The position numbers and the translations under genes are program-made. Below the pieces are notes generated by a model that worked only from the letters and a program-made list of their open reading frames with translations, did not search any database and had not been told where the DNA came from. From an uncultured Verrucomicrobiae bacterium (GTDB lineage Bacteria > Verrucomicrobiota > Verrucomicrobiia > Limisphaerales > JAFGQR01), in contig CAWBHS010000102.1 of the NCBI GenBank assembly GCA_963788655.1, positions 32,001 through 96,000 on the forward strand: DNA of 64,000 nucleotides, in the 5' to 3' direction. Every line of letters starts with the position of its first letter. Position 1 is the first letter of the stretch. Of this stretch, positions 37,573 to 48,240 are shown in pieces.

Positions 37573-39720
37573 ATGAGAAATGAGCGTGATCGATTTCTAA
37601 TGTGTCCGGCAGATTACTTCGACGTGAACTACGTCATCAATCCCTGGATGAACGGCAACGTTGGCAAAGCCACCCGGAGCCAGGCCAAGGAACAATGGCA
37701 ATCACTCCATGCGCTGCTGAAGGAGGTCGCGGACGTGGAGATCATCCGGCCGCAACCTGGACTGCCCGACATGGTGTTCACCGCCAATGCCGGAGCGGTG
37801 GTGGGCAACAAGGTCGTCTTGAGCCATTTCCTGCATCGGGAACGACGCGGCGAGGAGCCGCTGTTTTTGGATTGGTTTCGAGAAGCGGGATTTGAGGTCT
37901 TCGAGATGCCACGGGATCTGCCGTTCGAGGGTGCCGGCGATGCCCTGCTGCAACGCGAGGGAGGTTGGCTGTGGGCCGCCTACGGTCTGCGCGGCGAACT
38001 GGATGCGCACCCCTTGCTGGCCCAATGGCTCGGCGTCGAGGTGATGTCGTTGCGCTTGATCGATCCACGGTTCTACCATCTCGACACCTGCCTGTGCCCG
38101 CTGGAAGACGGTTGGCTGATGTATTATCCGCCAGCCTTCGATGCGGACTCCAACCGGCTGATCGATGAATGCGTGCCCACGGCCAAGCGGATCATCGTCC
38201 GAGAGGCCGATGCCGTGCGGTTTGCGTGCAACGCGGTGAACGTGGGGCACCAGGTCTTTTTGAACCAGGCCAGTGACCAATTGCGCGGAGAATTGGAAGA
38301 CGCCGGCTTCGATGTGCTCGAAACGCCCCTCGATGAATTCATGAAGGCCGGTGGCGCTGCCAAATGTCTGACATTGCGCCTGAACGAGCCCGTGCTGCAA
38401 CGAGCGCATCCCGCCAGCACCGTGCAAAGTCGCGTCGTGCGGCTCGAAGGTCAGTTGCTTGACACCGGATTGTTGGACCGCGCGCTCGACGTGATCGTGG
38501 ACGGCGGCGGCAGTTTTCATATCCGGCAGTTCCATCTGGGTCGGCAACGGCAAAGCAGTTCCGAAGCGGAGATTCAAGTGTCGGCGCCGGCCAACGCGGT
38601 GTTGGACAAACTCATGCCGCGGTTGATCGACCTGGGCGCGACGGTGATGGCCCAGGAAGAGACCGATGCCGCGTTGCTGTCGGTGACGCAAGCGGGCGTC
38701 GCACCAGAAGATTTTTACGCCACGACCATTTACCCCACCGAAGTCCGCAGCGACGGCCAATGGCTCCACGTGCAAGACCAGCGCATGGACGCGGTCGTGG
38801 CGGTAGGAAGCGAAGACGATGGACCAGTGGCACGCTGCAAACTGTTCCGGCAACTTCAGGTGGGCGACCAGGTAGTCGTGGGCAGCACGGGCATTCGCAC
38901 GTTCCGCAAAACCAGCACGCGCGAGCATGCCATGGGCTTGCCGGCGGAACGCGAGTTCGAGTTCATGGGCGCTGCCGTTTCCAGTGAACGGCGCGTGGAA
39001 CTGGCCGTGGAACGGATTTCCTGGGAGATGCGCCGCATTCGCGAGCAAGGCGGCAAAACGGCGGTCGTTGCCGGACCGGTCGTCGTTCACACCGGCGGCG
39101 CCCGGCATTTGGCCTCGTTGATTCGCGACGGCTACGTTCACGCGGTGCTGGGCGGCAACGGCCTGGCCACGCACGATATCGAGCAGGCGCTGCTGGGCAC
39201 ATCGTTGGGCGTCGATGTAAGGTTGGGCACCGGCGTGCGCGGCGGGCATCGGCATCATCTGCGCGCCATCAACACCATCCGCCGTTGCGGCGGCATTCGC
39301 CCGGCGGTGGAACAAGACGTATTGACCAGCGGGATTTTCTACGAGTGTGTTCGCCGGAACGTGCCCTTTGCCCTGGCAGGTTCCATTCGCGATGACGGCC
39401 CACTGCCGGACACCCAGATGGATTTGGTCAAAGCTCAGGAAACATACGCCCGCCTGATCAAGGATGCGGACATGATCCTGATGTTGTCTTCGATGCTGCA
39501 CTCCATTGGCGTGGGCAACATGACTCCGGCCGGCGTGAAATTGGTGTGCGTCGATATCAATCCCGCCGTGGTGACCAAATTGAGCGACCGCGGCTCGGTG
39601 GAATCCTTGGGCATCGTCACCGACGTAGGCTCGTTCCTGAATCTGCTGGCCCAACGGCTGCGGCGTTTTGAACACGAAACCACCCGGGGGCGGAAACGCG
39701 AATTGGCTGCGACGGGCTGA
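37573..39720 (+). CDS. argZ: TIGR00300 family ArgZ/AgrE-like arginine dihydrolase fusion (amidinotransferase + LOR/SDH domains)
   Basis: 'YVINPWM', 'PDMVFTANAG', 'FEGAGD', 'FYHLDT', 'GGAAKCLT', then 'APEDFYATT', 'VSSERR', 'AGSIRDDGPLPD' and 'MLHSIGVGNM'. Confidence 0.85.
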   Translation: MRNERDRFLMCPADYFDVNYVINPWMNGNVGKATRSQAKEQWQSLHALLKEVADVEIIRPQPGLPDMVFTANAGAVVGNKVVLSHFLHRERRGEEPLFLDWFREAGFEVFEMPRDLPFEGAGDALLQREGGWLWAAYGLRGELDAHPLLAQWLGVEVMSLRLIDPRFYHLDTCLCPLEDGWLMYYPPAFDADSNRLIDECVPTAKRIIVREADAVRFACNAVNVGHQVFLNQASDQLRGELEDAGFDVLETPLDEFMKAGGAAKCLTLRLNEPVLQRAHPASTVQSRVVRLEGQLLDTGLLDRALDVIVDGGGSFHIRQFHLGRQRQSSSEAEIQVSAPANAVLDKLMPRLIDLGATVMAQEETDAALLSVTQAGVAPEDFYATTIYPTEVRSDGQWLHVQDQRMDAVVAVGSEDDGPVARCKLFRQLQVGDQVVVGSTGIRTFRKTSTREHAMGLPAEREFEFMGAAVSSERRVELAVERISWEMRRIREQGGKTAVVAGPVVVHTGGARHLASLIRDGYVHAVLGGNGLATHDIEQALLGTSLGVDVRLGTGVRGGHRHHLRAINTIRRCGGIRPAVEQDVLTSGIFYECVRRNVPFALAGSIRDDGPLPDTQMDLVKAQETYARLIKDADMILMLSSMLHSIGVGNMTPAGVKLVCVDINPAVVTKLSDRGSVESLGIVTDVGSFLNLLAQRLRRFEHETTRGRKRELAATG

Positions 39721-39751
39721 TCGCTTGGCGAACCTAAAACCTGGAGTTGAG

Positions 39752-39993
39752 TTAACCGCGGATTGCCCAGTGCAGCGGAGCCGCAACCAAAGTTGAAGGG
39801 GTGAAGCGTGAACAGGTGAAGCGTGAAGGAACTTGCGCAGCCGGCGCAAAACTTCAGAGATGGTAGTATGGATTGCACAGATAGGAAAAAGGTGGTTGAA
39901 ATCGAATCTTTCGACTGCTGGGGGGTCTGGTTTTCGAACGTCCCGGTTCAACAAGTTTTTGTATCGGTGATAATCCCTGCAGTCCGTGGTTAA
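39752..39993. repeat. Degenerate inverted-repeat element
   Basis: TTAACCGCGGATTGC ... GCAGTCCGTGGTTAA (13/15 inverted match), with an internal GGTGAAGCGTGAA duplication. Confidence 0.5.
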
Positions 39994-40086
39994 GTTCCGC
40001 ATTCACGAATACGTTGGATTCGGGTAAGCGCATCCTCCCTGATTTGTCCCCTTCGCCGCCGTGCCTGGACTTTTTGCCGCCTTTAA

Positions 40087-40359
40087 GAGCCGGTTTTAAA
40101 ATCCGGCGTGGTCCTGTTTTCTCGGAAAAGGCCGGCTGGCGAGGCGCGACGAACGCGCATACCCGCAGCGGTCTGTAAGCGAGGAGCAACGAAGCCAGCC
40201 GGCCTTTTCCGCGACAACCCGCAGCGCGGCGGGTCTTTTGAACGCGGGCTTCGTTGGCTCGATCCTTACAGCCCTCTGCGGGGATGCGCGAACCGCGCCG
40301 CCTCGGCCCGCGTCCAAAATCCCTCGCCGCAGAACCGCGCCCAATTTTAAAACAGGCTC
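40087..40359 (-). mobile_element. MITE copy 2 (273 bp), inverted relative to copy 1
   Basis: Terminal inverted repeats GAGCCGGTTTTAAAAT ... ATTTTAAAACAGGCTC; target duplication TAA; alignable to copy 1 throughout. Confidence 0.88.
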
Positions 40360-40366
40360 TAAGACT

Positions 40367-40525
40367 TCTGCCAGGCACCCCACATTGATCCCCTCAATCC
40401 GCGAGCGGAACCCGACGATATGCAATTGTCTCACCGCGAGATGCTTCCCGCTCCGTCGCGAGCCGTGGAATGCAAAACGGTCTTGTTCGTTATGAAAATA
40501 TTGTCGGTCGTGGACGCAATCATGC
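40367..40525. repeat. Copy 1 of a structured 159/201-bp element; contains the ATG of the giant surface protein gene
   Basis: 40392-40526 matches 49294-49428 at 131/135. Both copies begin TCTGCCA and end AATCATGC. Confidence 0.85.
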
Positions 40526-43500
40526 GCCGTCAGGTCGGGTTTTCAGGCGTTTGCCTGGCGACGTTCCTGGTTTTGTTCGCTGGCCTGGCCAGTGCGGAAA
40601 CGTTTACGGGTTCCAATCAACCCGGAGCGTGGACCGACTTCAACTTCGAGGTGGCTAACGGCAGCACCAATCTGTCGCTGACGGTTGGCAACAATTCCAC
40701 CGCGTATTCGTATCTGCTACTCAAGGCGGGCGAAGCGCCGTCACTCCTGGACTACGATTTTGCCGCCAAGCAAAACGGCGTGGACAACACGATCTATCTG
40801 GAAACGCCCGAGTTGTTGGCCACCAACTACGTTGTGCGCGTTTATACTCCGTCCGGTTCAACGGCCCAGGCGTTTACCCTGACCGTGGAGCAGGACCAGC
40901 CCGGATTGCGCAGCAGCGTGAAGCCCGTGGCCAAGGGAGTCAGCAGTTTGACCGCGGGCAACCTTGAGCCGGGCCAATGGCATTATTTCAAAGTGGAACT
41001 GGGTTCGGGGCTGCCCGGCTGGATTATCAACCTGAACAGCGACCAGGCCGTGGACCTTTACGTGCGACGCGGCGCGTTGCCGACCACAGTCGCAGCGGAC
41101 CGTTTGAGTGTGAACCATCCCGTGGACACCATCTATTTCACCGGTGCGGAGGCAAGCCCAGGAATTTACCACGTCGGCGTACGGGTGCCAGACACGGCGG
41201 GGCAATCGGCCGCCTACACATTGCAGACAGCGCCGGGTGCCTTGACCACCCTTGACTGGGACTCGGGCCTGGCTCACGACGGCACGCAGGTCGTCACCCA
41301 CGACACCGGCATGGCCGGGGACTACTATTTCAAAATCACGACGCAAAATCCGGCGGTCGGGGTTTGGCGCACGGCGTTGGACGTGGCCGACGGCGAGGCC
41401 AGCGTTTATTTGAGTCGCGGACTGTTGCCGGCTGCGTACCTGCACCAGTTCGCTTCCACCAACGCCGGCGCCAATGGATTCGTCTTGCATTCGACACAAT
41501 TCCAGGCGGGCGAAGAGTGGTTCCTATTGGTGAAGGCCGAAGCAGGTGCCCGCTGGCGTTTATGGAGCGGCGATGTGTTTGTGCAGAATCTCGGCACGCT
41601 GGCGGCCGACGGCTCCAGTAGCAGCGGCGCGGTTCCCATTGGGCCGGAAGGCATGCGGTTCTTCAAAACCACCGTGCCCGTCAATACGCTGGCCTGGCGA
41701 TTGGGATTGAATGGTCCGGCCAATCCGATTCTGGTGAAGAAGAACGCAGCGCCGCATCCACTAACTCAAGGATACTGGCGGGCTTACGATTTGCAGCAGT
41801 CCGGTCAGATGCTGGTCGTGCCGGATTATCTGGTGCCGGGGAACGATGTGTATTTCGTCGCCGTGGTGGGGGCTCCAGGAACGGTCACCACGCTTGACTC
41901 ACGACAACAGCCGGTGGCGGACTTCGCGTTCAATGCGACGACGAATCTGACGGTGCCTAGTGCCGGCTACGCGACCTACCGCATCCAGGTGCCCGTGCAG
42001 CAGGTGGGTTGGCAGATCAACGTCACGCCGTCCAGCGGCAATCCCAATTTCGCCGTGCGCCGCAATCTTATCCCCAACGAGTGGCGCAATGATGCCCTGT
42101 CCGAAGCCAATGGCGATGTGGCGGATAGCATCGCGCTGGGGCCGCCCGTGCTGAGTGATGGCACGTTTTATCTGACGGTCTATGGTGCCGGCAGTTTCGC
42201 CTGCACCATAACGAGTGGTGATGCGCAGATCACCGACATCAATTATGTGGACGTTCGGATCAATGACGAACCCAATCGCGTCGGGTGGAAATTCTATCGC
42301 GTGGCCAATCTGCAGCAGCAAAGCGGCACGTTGGGCTGGGAGATCTTTTTGAGCAATTATCCGCCCGGTACGGAAATCGCCGTGCGCCGGAACGCCATTC
42401 CGTATCGGCGTAATTTCCGCACGGACGAGAACGGTTACGTCAATGAACAAGGAACCGTGGATGCCTCCAGCATGGAGGGATTTCTCCAACAACCGGCGCA
42501 CCAGGCAGACGTTTGGTATATTGGCATCTACAATCCCACCAACGAACTGGGCGCCTTCACCTTGACCACGCGGGAATTGGTCCCGGAGACTCTGGCGCTT
42601 GATGGCGGCATCTCCGTGCGCAGCGAGGTGGCGGCCGACTTGTGGCAATTTTTCCGGGTTGATATTCCGGCCGGCACCGTGGGATGGGATGTTCGATTAA
42701 TCAACGTCACCGACGGCCAGCCGCGATTGGTGGTGCGGCGCGGTCAATTGCCCGTCAGCCTGGAGGACCGCACTGCCTCCGGTGGATCGTGGAATTTTCC
42801 TTACGCCTCGCAAACTTGGCCGGTGGGCTTCCAATGGGCGCCTGACCGGGACTGGACCGGTTTCCCATACTCATCCGAGGATACTGACGAATCAGGGCGT
42901 ATCCTGGCCGTAGGCTTGGGCAATCCGCTCGAACCGGGCACTTACTACGTCGGCGTCAAAAGCGCAGCGAACGCTACGCCCATGAGCTATTCCATCCAAA
43001 GCCGGGCCATCGGACCCAACCAGGCGCTGCCGTTGACCGAATTGGGCTACGCGGGTGACAGCGTAACGAACCTAAACTTGCCGGCCCGCGAAGCAGCGTA
43101 TTACCGTGTCGTGGTGCCAACGAATACCACCAGTTGGCAGGTCCGGCTCGAGGTGACTTCGGGGGAAGCATTGCTGCTCGCGCAAAAAGACACCATGCCC
43201 GGCATCCAACGCTATTGGGATTCCGTTTCCAGTTTCACGGGCGGGTTCAAAATGCAAAAAGCCGGGAACGAACATTTCCTGTTATCACCTGCAGAAGGGC
43301 AAACAAATCTCGCGGCGGGAACTTATTATCTCGCGGTGGTCAGCGAAGGCGAGGGACCGGAGCCGAGCCAGGGCCGCATCGGCACCGGTGGATGCAGTTA
43401 CATTCTCACGAGCATCGGCAGCATTCCCGTGACGGACCTGGGCGCCATCGGCGGCGACGAAGTGGTCGTGACCAACGCGCCGGAAGGAGGCGCCGTTGCG

Positions 43501-46500
43501 GCGTATCAATTCAGCGCGCCCGCCGGCACGGCGGCGGTGGAACTTCGTTTGTCCGACCGCCAGGGAAATCCGTTAATGGCCGTGATTCCCGGCACGATCT
43601 GGCCGTGCGTGGCCGGGCTTTATGGCAGCAGTTTCGATGCGTACCGGATCCGAGGGCGGCTTCACCACAGGTCGCAAGGAAGGCGCCGAGTTGATCACGG
43701 TAGCCAATCCCTCGGGCGTCCTTTCGCTGCTGGTAAAAGCCAACACGCTTGGCGCAGACATTCCCGATGCCGCCTACACGCTGCATGTCCGGGCCTTGAA
43801 TACGGAACCGCTGGCGTTTGACAACGGTGCCAGCACCGTGACCAGTCACCCAGCCGGCACGTGGCGCTATTTTCAGGTGGAAGTGCCCCCCAATGCTCTG
43901 GGCTGGGACCTGCGGTTGGTTGATGTGACCAATTGCGCGCCGCAAATTGTTGTGCGGCGTGGGCAGGTGCCGGACCAGGTGTTCACCAGTTCCGGGGGCG
44001 ACTGGCCCGAGTGGTATTACGGATCCACCCACGCGACCAACTGGCCCGTGGGATACCAGATGGCGGCCGACGCGGATTGGACCCAGCGCAATTACCCGGC
44101 GGACAGTCAAACGGAGGAGCGAGGACGTATATTGGCCCTCAGCGTGGGGAATCCGTTGGAGCCCGGCACCTATTATGTGGGCGTTGCCAATGCGAGCGAA
44201 GGCGGAGAACCGCTCACGTACACACTCATGAGTCGCGGCATTGGCGATGGCATGACGTTGCCAGTAACGCCGCTGGCGTATCAAGGCGGCATCGCCACCG
44301 AAGCGGGCTTGCCACCGCGGGAAGTTGCCTACTACCGTGTGACCGTTCCCGAGAACGTCCCAAGCTGGCAAATCAAACTCACCACCCTCGCCGGCGAAGC
44401 CATGATGGTCGTCCAGCGTCACGGGCTACCGCACATTCAGGCGCAAACTTCAGGCATGATGGACTTCCCGCCCAGTGACGGTGGCCGACGCTGCCAGAAG
44501 GAGGGCAACGAACACTTTGTTCTGTTGCCGGAGGATGGCCAACTCGCCGTGTCGCCGGGCGACTACTTCATCGCGGTTATCAGCGAAGGTGTGGCGCCGG
44601 ATTACAGCCATATCGGCAGTGGGACCAGCGATGTCGAACTCACCAGCGTTGGTCTGCTGGCATCGAAGATCTGGGCGTCGTCAGCGGTGAACCGGCAGTG
44701 CGCTCCGTGGCGGTCGAGGGCGGAGAAACGCAAGCCTACCAGTTTACAGTTCCGGAAGGCGCGTCGAGCGTGGAAATTCGCTTGAGCGACCGCGTGGGCA
44801 ATCCCTACCTGGCGGTGCGTCCCGGCGAGGGCTTGCCGTATCGGCTGTCTATGATCCAGCCTCGCAACTGAATTATTACGGCATCGTCGGCGGACAAGTT
44901 GCCGGACGATTGGAGGACACGGAGTTGGTCACCCTGGCGAATCCGGTGCCGGGCCTTTACAGCCTGATTGTCAAAGGCCAATCCTTCGATTACTCAGAAA
45001 ATCAGTTCGCCGACGCAAGCGCGACATTGTCCGTGCAAACCTCCGGCACCGTTGAGCTTAGCTTTGATGGCGGCAGTGCAACCGTGGCCAATCAAGGTCC
45101 CGGCTCCTGGAGTTTTTACCGGGTGGATGTGCCCGCGAACGCCAACGGTTGGGACGTCCGATTAACCGAAGTGTCGGGCGGCCAGCCGCGATTGGTGGTT
45201 CGGCGAAACGCATTGCCGGAGACGACCGACGCCACCGGGTGGGGCTACCAATCACGGTTCGCCGTCACCAATTGGCCGTCGGGAAATCGACTGAACTCCT
45301 ACCAGGATTGGACCCGCCGTCAGTACTCGGCCGATAGCACGACGGACCAAAGCTGGCACGTGCTGGCCCTTGGCATGGGCGAACCCTTGGAGCCCGGGAT
45401 TTACTTCGTGGGCGTGTACAACGAGTCCTCCGACCATCCGACCAGTTTTCGCATCCTGAGCCGGGGCATTGGCGACGGCATGTCGCTGCCCGTGACCGAT
45501 CTGCCATTCGCAGGCGGGAGCGTTGCCGGCGTCGGTCTGGTCGCTCGCGAAGCGGCCTGATTACCGGGTCGTCGTTCCCGAGGGCGCCGCGAGTTGGAAC
45601 GTAAAATTGACGACCACCGCCGGTGAAGCGCTGCTGGCGATTCAACAGCACACGCCGCCCAGCAGCGCAGTGCGGCCCGGAACCACTGACACGCTCTGGT
45701 ATCCAACGCGCAACTGGGGGGCGGGTGGACAAATGATGCAAAAGGCGGGCAATGAACACTTCGTTCTGCTGCCCGAGGAAGGCGAAAGCTTCATCCCCTC
45801 CGGCCCCTACTACCTGGTCGTCGTCAGCGAAGGGGTCAATCCGGCCGACGACTGGCACATTGGCACGGCCAGCAGCGATTATTTGCTGCAAAGTCTGGGC
45901 GAAGCCCCGGTGGTTTCGCTGGGCGACACCGAGGCGGGACCGTTGACGCACGCCAACAATCTCGAGGGCGGTGATCTGGCGCTGTATGCGTTCACGGTTC
46001 CGTCCGGCACTTTGGCCCTCGAAGCCCGGCTCGCAGACCGCCAGGGAAATCCCGTGTTGGCGCTGCGTCCCGGCGATGAGATCACTTACCACTACGAGTT
46101 CTATAGCTTCAACCTGCTGGGTTATTACGGCGTGGAAGGGGGATACAACTCCGGCATCCTCGGCGATTCCGTGGCGATCACCATTCCCAATCCGGAGTCT
46201 GGTCCTTACCGTTTGGCGGTTAAAGCGCGGAGCACGGATGACGAACACACCTTTCCGGACACCGCTTACACGCTTCAGGTGCGCAGCCTGCCCATCCCGG
46301 AATTGAATTTCGACAGCCGGTTTAACACCAATGGTGGCTCGCATTCAGCCTCGGCGCTATTGGCGGACAACCAGCGGGCGTTCTACCGCATCGAAGTGCC
46401 CGAGTCCATCGCCGGCGAACCGGTATTGGGGTGGAAACTGAATATGTCCCAGACGCAGGGCCGCGCCTTGGTTCGGGTGCGCAAGGATGCGTTGCCGGCC

Positions 46501-48192
46501 GACAACGCACCGCGCACCACGCCCTTCGCTCTATCGGCAGCGGTCATCGTGCCGCCGTACCTGGAATCTGGAACCTGGTTACATCGAAGTGAAAGGCGAA
46601 GGCGTCACGGAGTTCGCGCTGACGAGCAGCGTGCTCTCGCTGGAACGGCCGGTGTGGTCCATGCCGGAACCGGGGCAACCTGTCACCACGCCTGGTTTGA
46701 CGGCGCCGGAATTTGCCGACAGCGGCATCGATGCCGACGGGCAACCACTGGCCGGCGACCAAGGCATTTATTTGGAGGACGGTAAATACCATTTCTACGC
46801 CCTCACAGTTCCAACCAACAATGCTGGATTGATTCAGGTGACCTTGGAGAACATTAGTGGCGACCCCAATCTCTACGCCCGTGTCGGATTGCCCCCCACG
46901 CTCACGCACGATGCGGACGGAGGAACCTGGGGCTACTTGGTGAACCAGGAAATGGCCGGTACCGGCACCGAACATGGCAGTTGGGTGCCTGGCAGTGGAC
47001 AACGGGAAACCCGCTTGACACCGGGAACCTGGTACTTGGCGGTGCGCGCCGGCGGCAATTCCAATGCACGCTATCGTCTCAGGCTGTCCACCGGCAAGGT
47101 GCAGGATTTGACGCTCGAAGGTGGCAGCCTGGCCGGTCAAATTTTGTCTGCCGGCGAATGGCACTATTACCGGGTGAACCTGCCCGCCAGCCCGTCTGCG
47201 AACTGGCACGTCAGCTTCAGTCAGCAATCCGGTGAGGTCGAACTGTTCGTCCGGGACACCGTGCCGCCGGGTAACCCGGGCTATTGGGAATACTATGTCC
47301 CCGCGCGCGATTGGAATTACGACTACAAAAACCACGGGCCGTATCCGCAAGCTCTGCCGCCAGGCACTCACACGTTTAGCCTGCCACCGCTGCGTCCGGC
47401 CAACGTGTATTACCTGGGATTCCGCGCCCGGAGTGACGCGGTGTTCAGCGTCAGTTCCAGCACAAGCGGTGATGCTTTGACGGTGACCCCGGTGAACTTC
47501 TACGGCGGCATCATCGACACCACCTTGCCGGCTTACGCGTCGGCACTTTACCGGATTGACGTGCCGTCGGACGCCGTGCGTTGGCGGCACGCGGCGACCC
47601 ATGCGGCGGAGGTGCAGACGTTCCTCGAACAGGGAACCGTGCCTCTCTTGGAAAACAGCCACTGGCAGTCTTACTGGGAAAACGAGCTCGCTGAACCAGA
47701 GCCTGGTCAATCCCAACGGCTGGCCTTGGTTGATCAACCAGTCGGTACTTCTTGCTGGTCACCAACACGTCCGACGCCCCGCAACCGTTCTCCTCGACGA
47801 TGGACGGCCGCACGCTGTTGACCGAAGACGAAGATGAAGACGGCCTGCCCGATGCCTGGGAAACACGATATTTTGGCAATTCCTGGGCACAATACGGTAA
47901 CGGTGATTTCGACGGCGACGGCCTTACCAACACCGAGGAATATCAACACAGCACCGACCCCACCAATCCCCAGACCCGCGGGCAACTCGTCTCGTTGCCA
48001 CGACAAACGGCCGGTCGATTGCAGTTCCAATTCACGGGGGAGCCCGGCCAGCGTTATCAAATCGAAAGCTCCACGAATCTGATTAACTGGCAGCCGGTCC
48101 AAGTGTTTACCAACCTCACTGGCACGACTTTGTTCGAAGACTCGACGACTAATGGCGCGCGATACTTTTACCGCTCAAGGTTGGTGCCGTGA
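40522..48192 (+). CDS. Giant secreted PPC-domain repeat protein (~2,550 aa), broken by several frameshifts
   Basis: Signal peptide MRRQVGFSG...ASA; repeated PPC-like motifs ('DLYVRRGALPT', 'GDPNLYARVG', 'GTWYLAV'); Ca-binding 'DEDEDGLPDAWE'/'DGDGLTN'; C-terminal 'YQIESSTNLINW...FYR'. ORF pieces at 40420, 43622, 44910, 45523, 46487 and 47752 join by single-base indels. Confidence 0.85.
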
Positions 48193-48240
48193 CCGCCGGT
48201 CGAATTGTCGGGAACAGTAAATAAATTGCGCGCAATCGAC

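Noticed and set aside
37149..37583. Short ORFs over the MITEs (also 39854-40495)
   Set aside because: They are translations of the repeat and have no transposase motifs.
37702..40002. Long antisense ORFs (also 6816-8765, 30172-31770, 35898-37181, 59492-60865)
   Set aside because: These are shadow ORFs of GC-rich genes on the opposite strand and carry no recognisable motifs.
43640..47750. Programmed frameshifting or phase variation in the giant gene
   Set aside because: The indels are scattered single bases outside slippery tracts and also occur in alkA, the GNAT-nitrilase gene and ppdK, so sequencing error is more likely.
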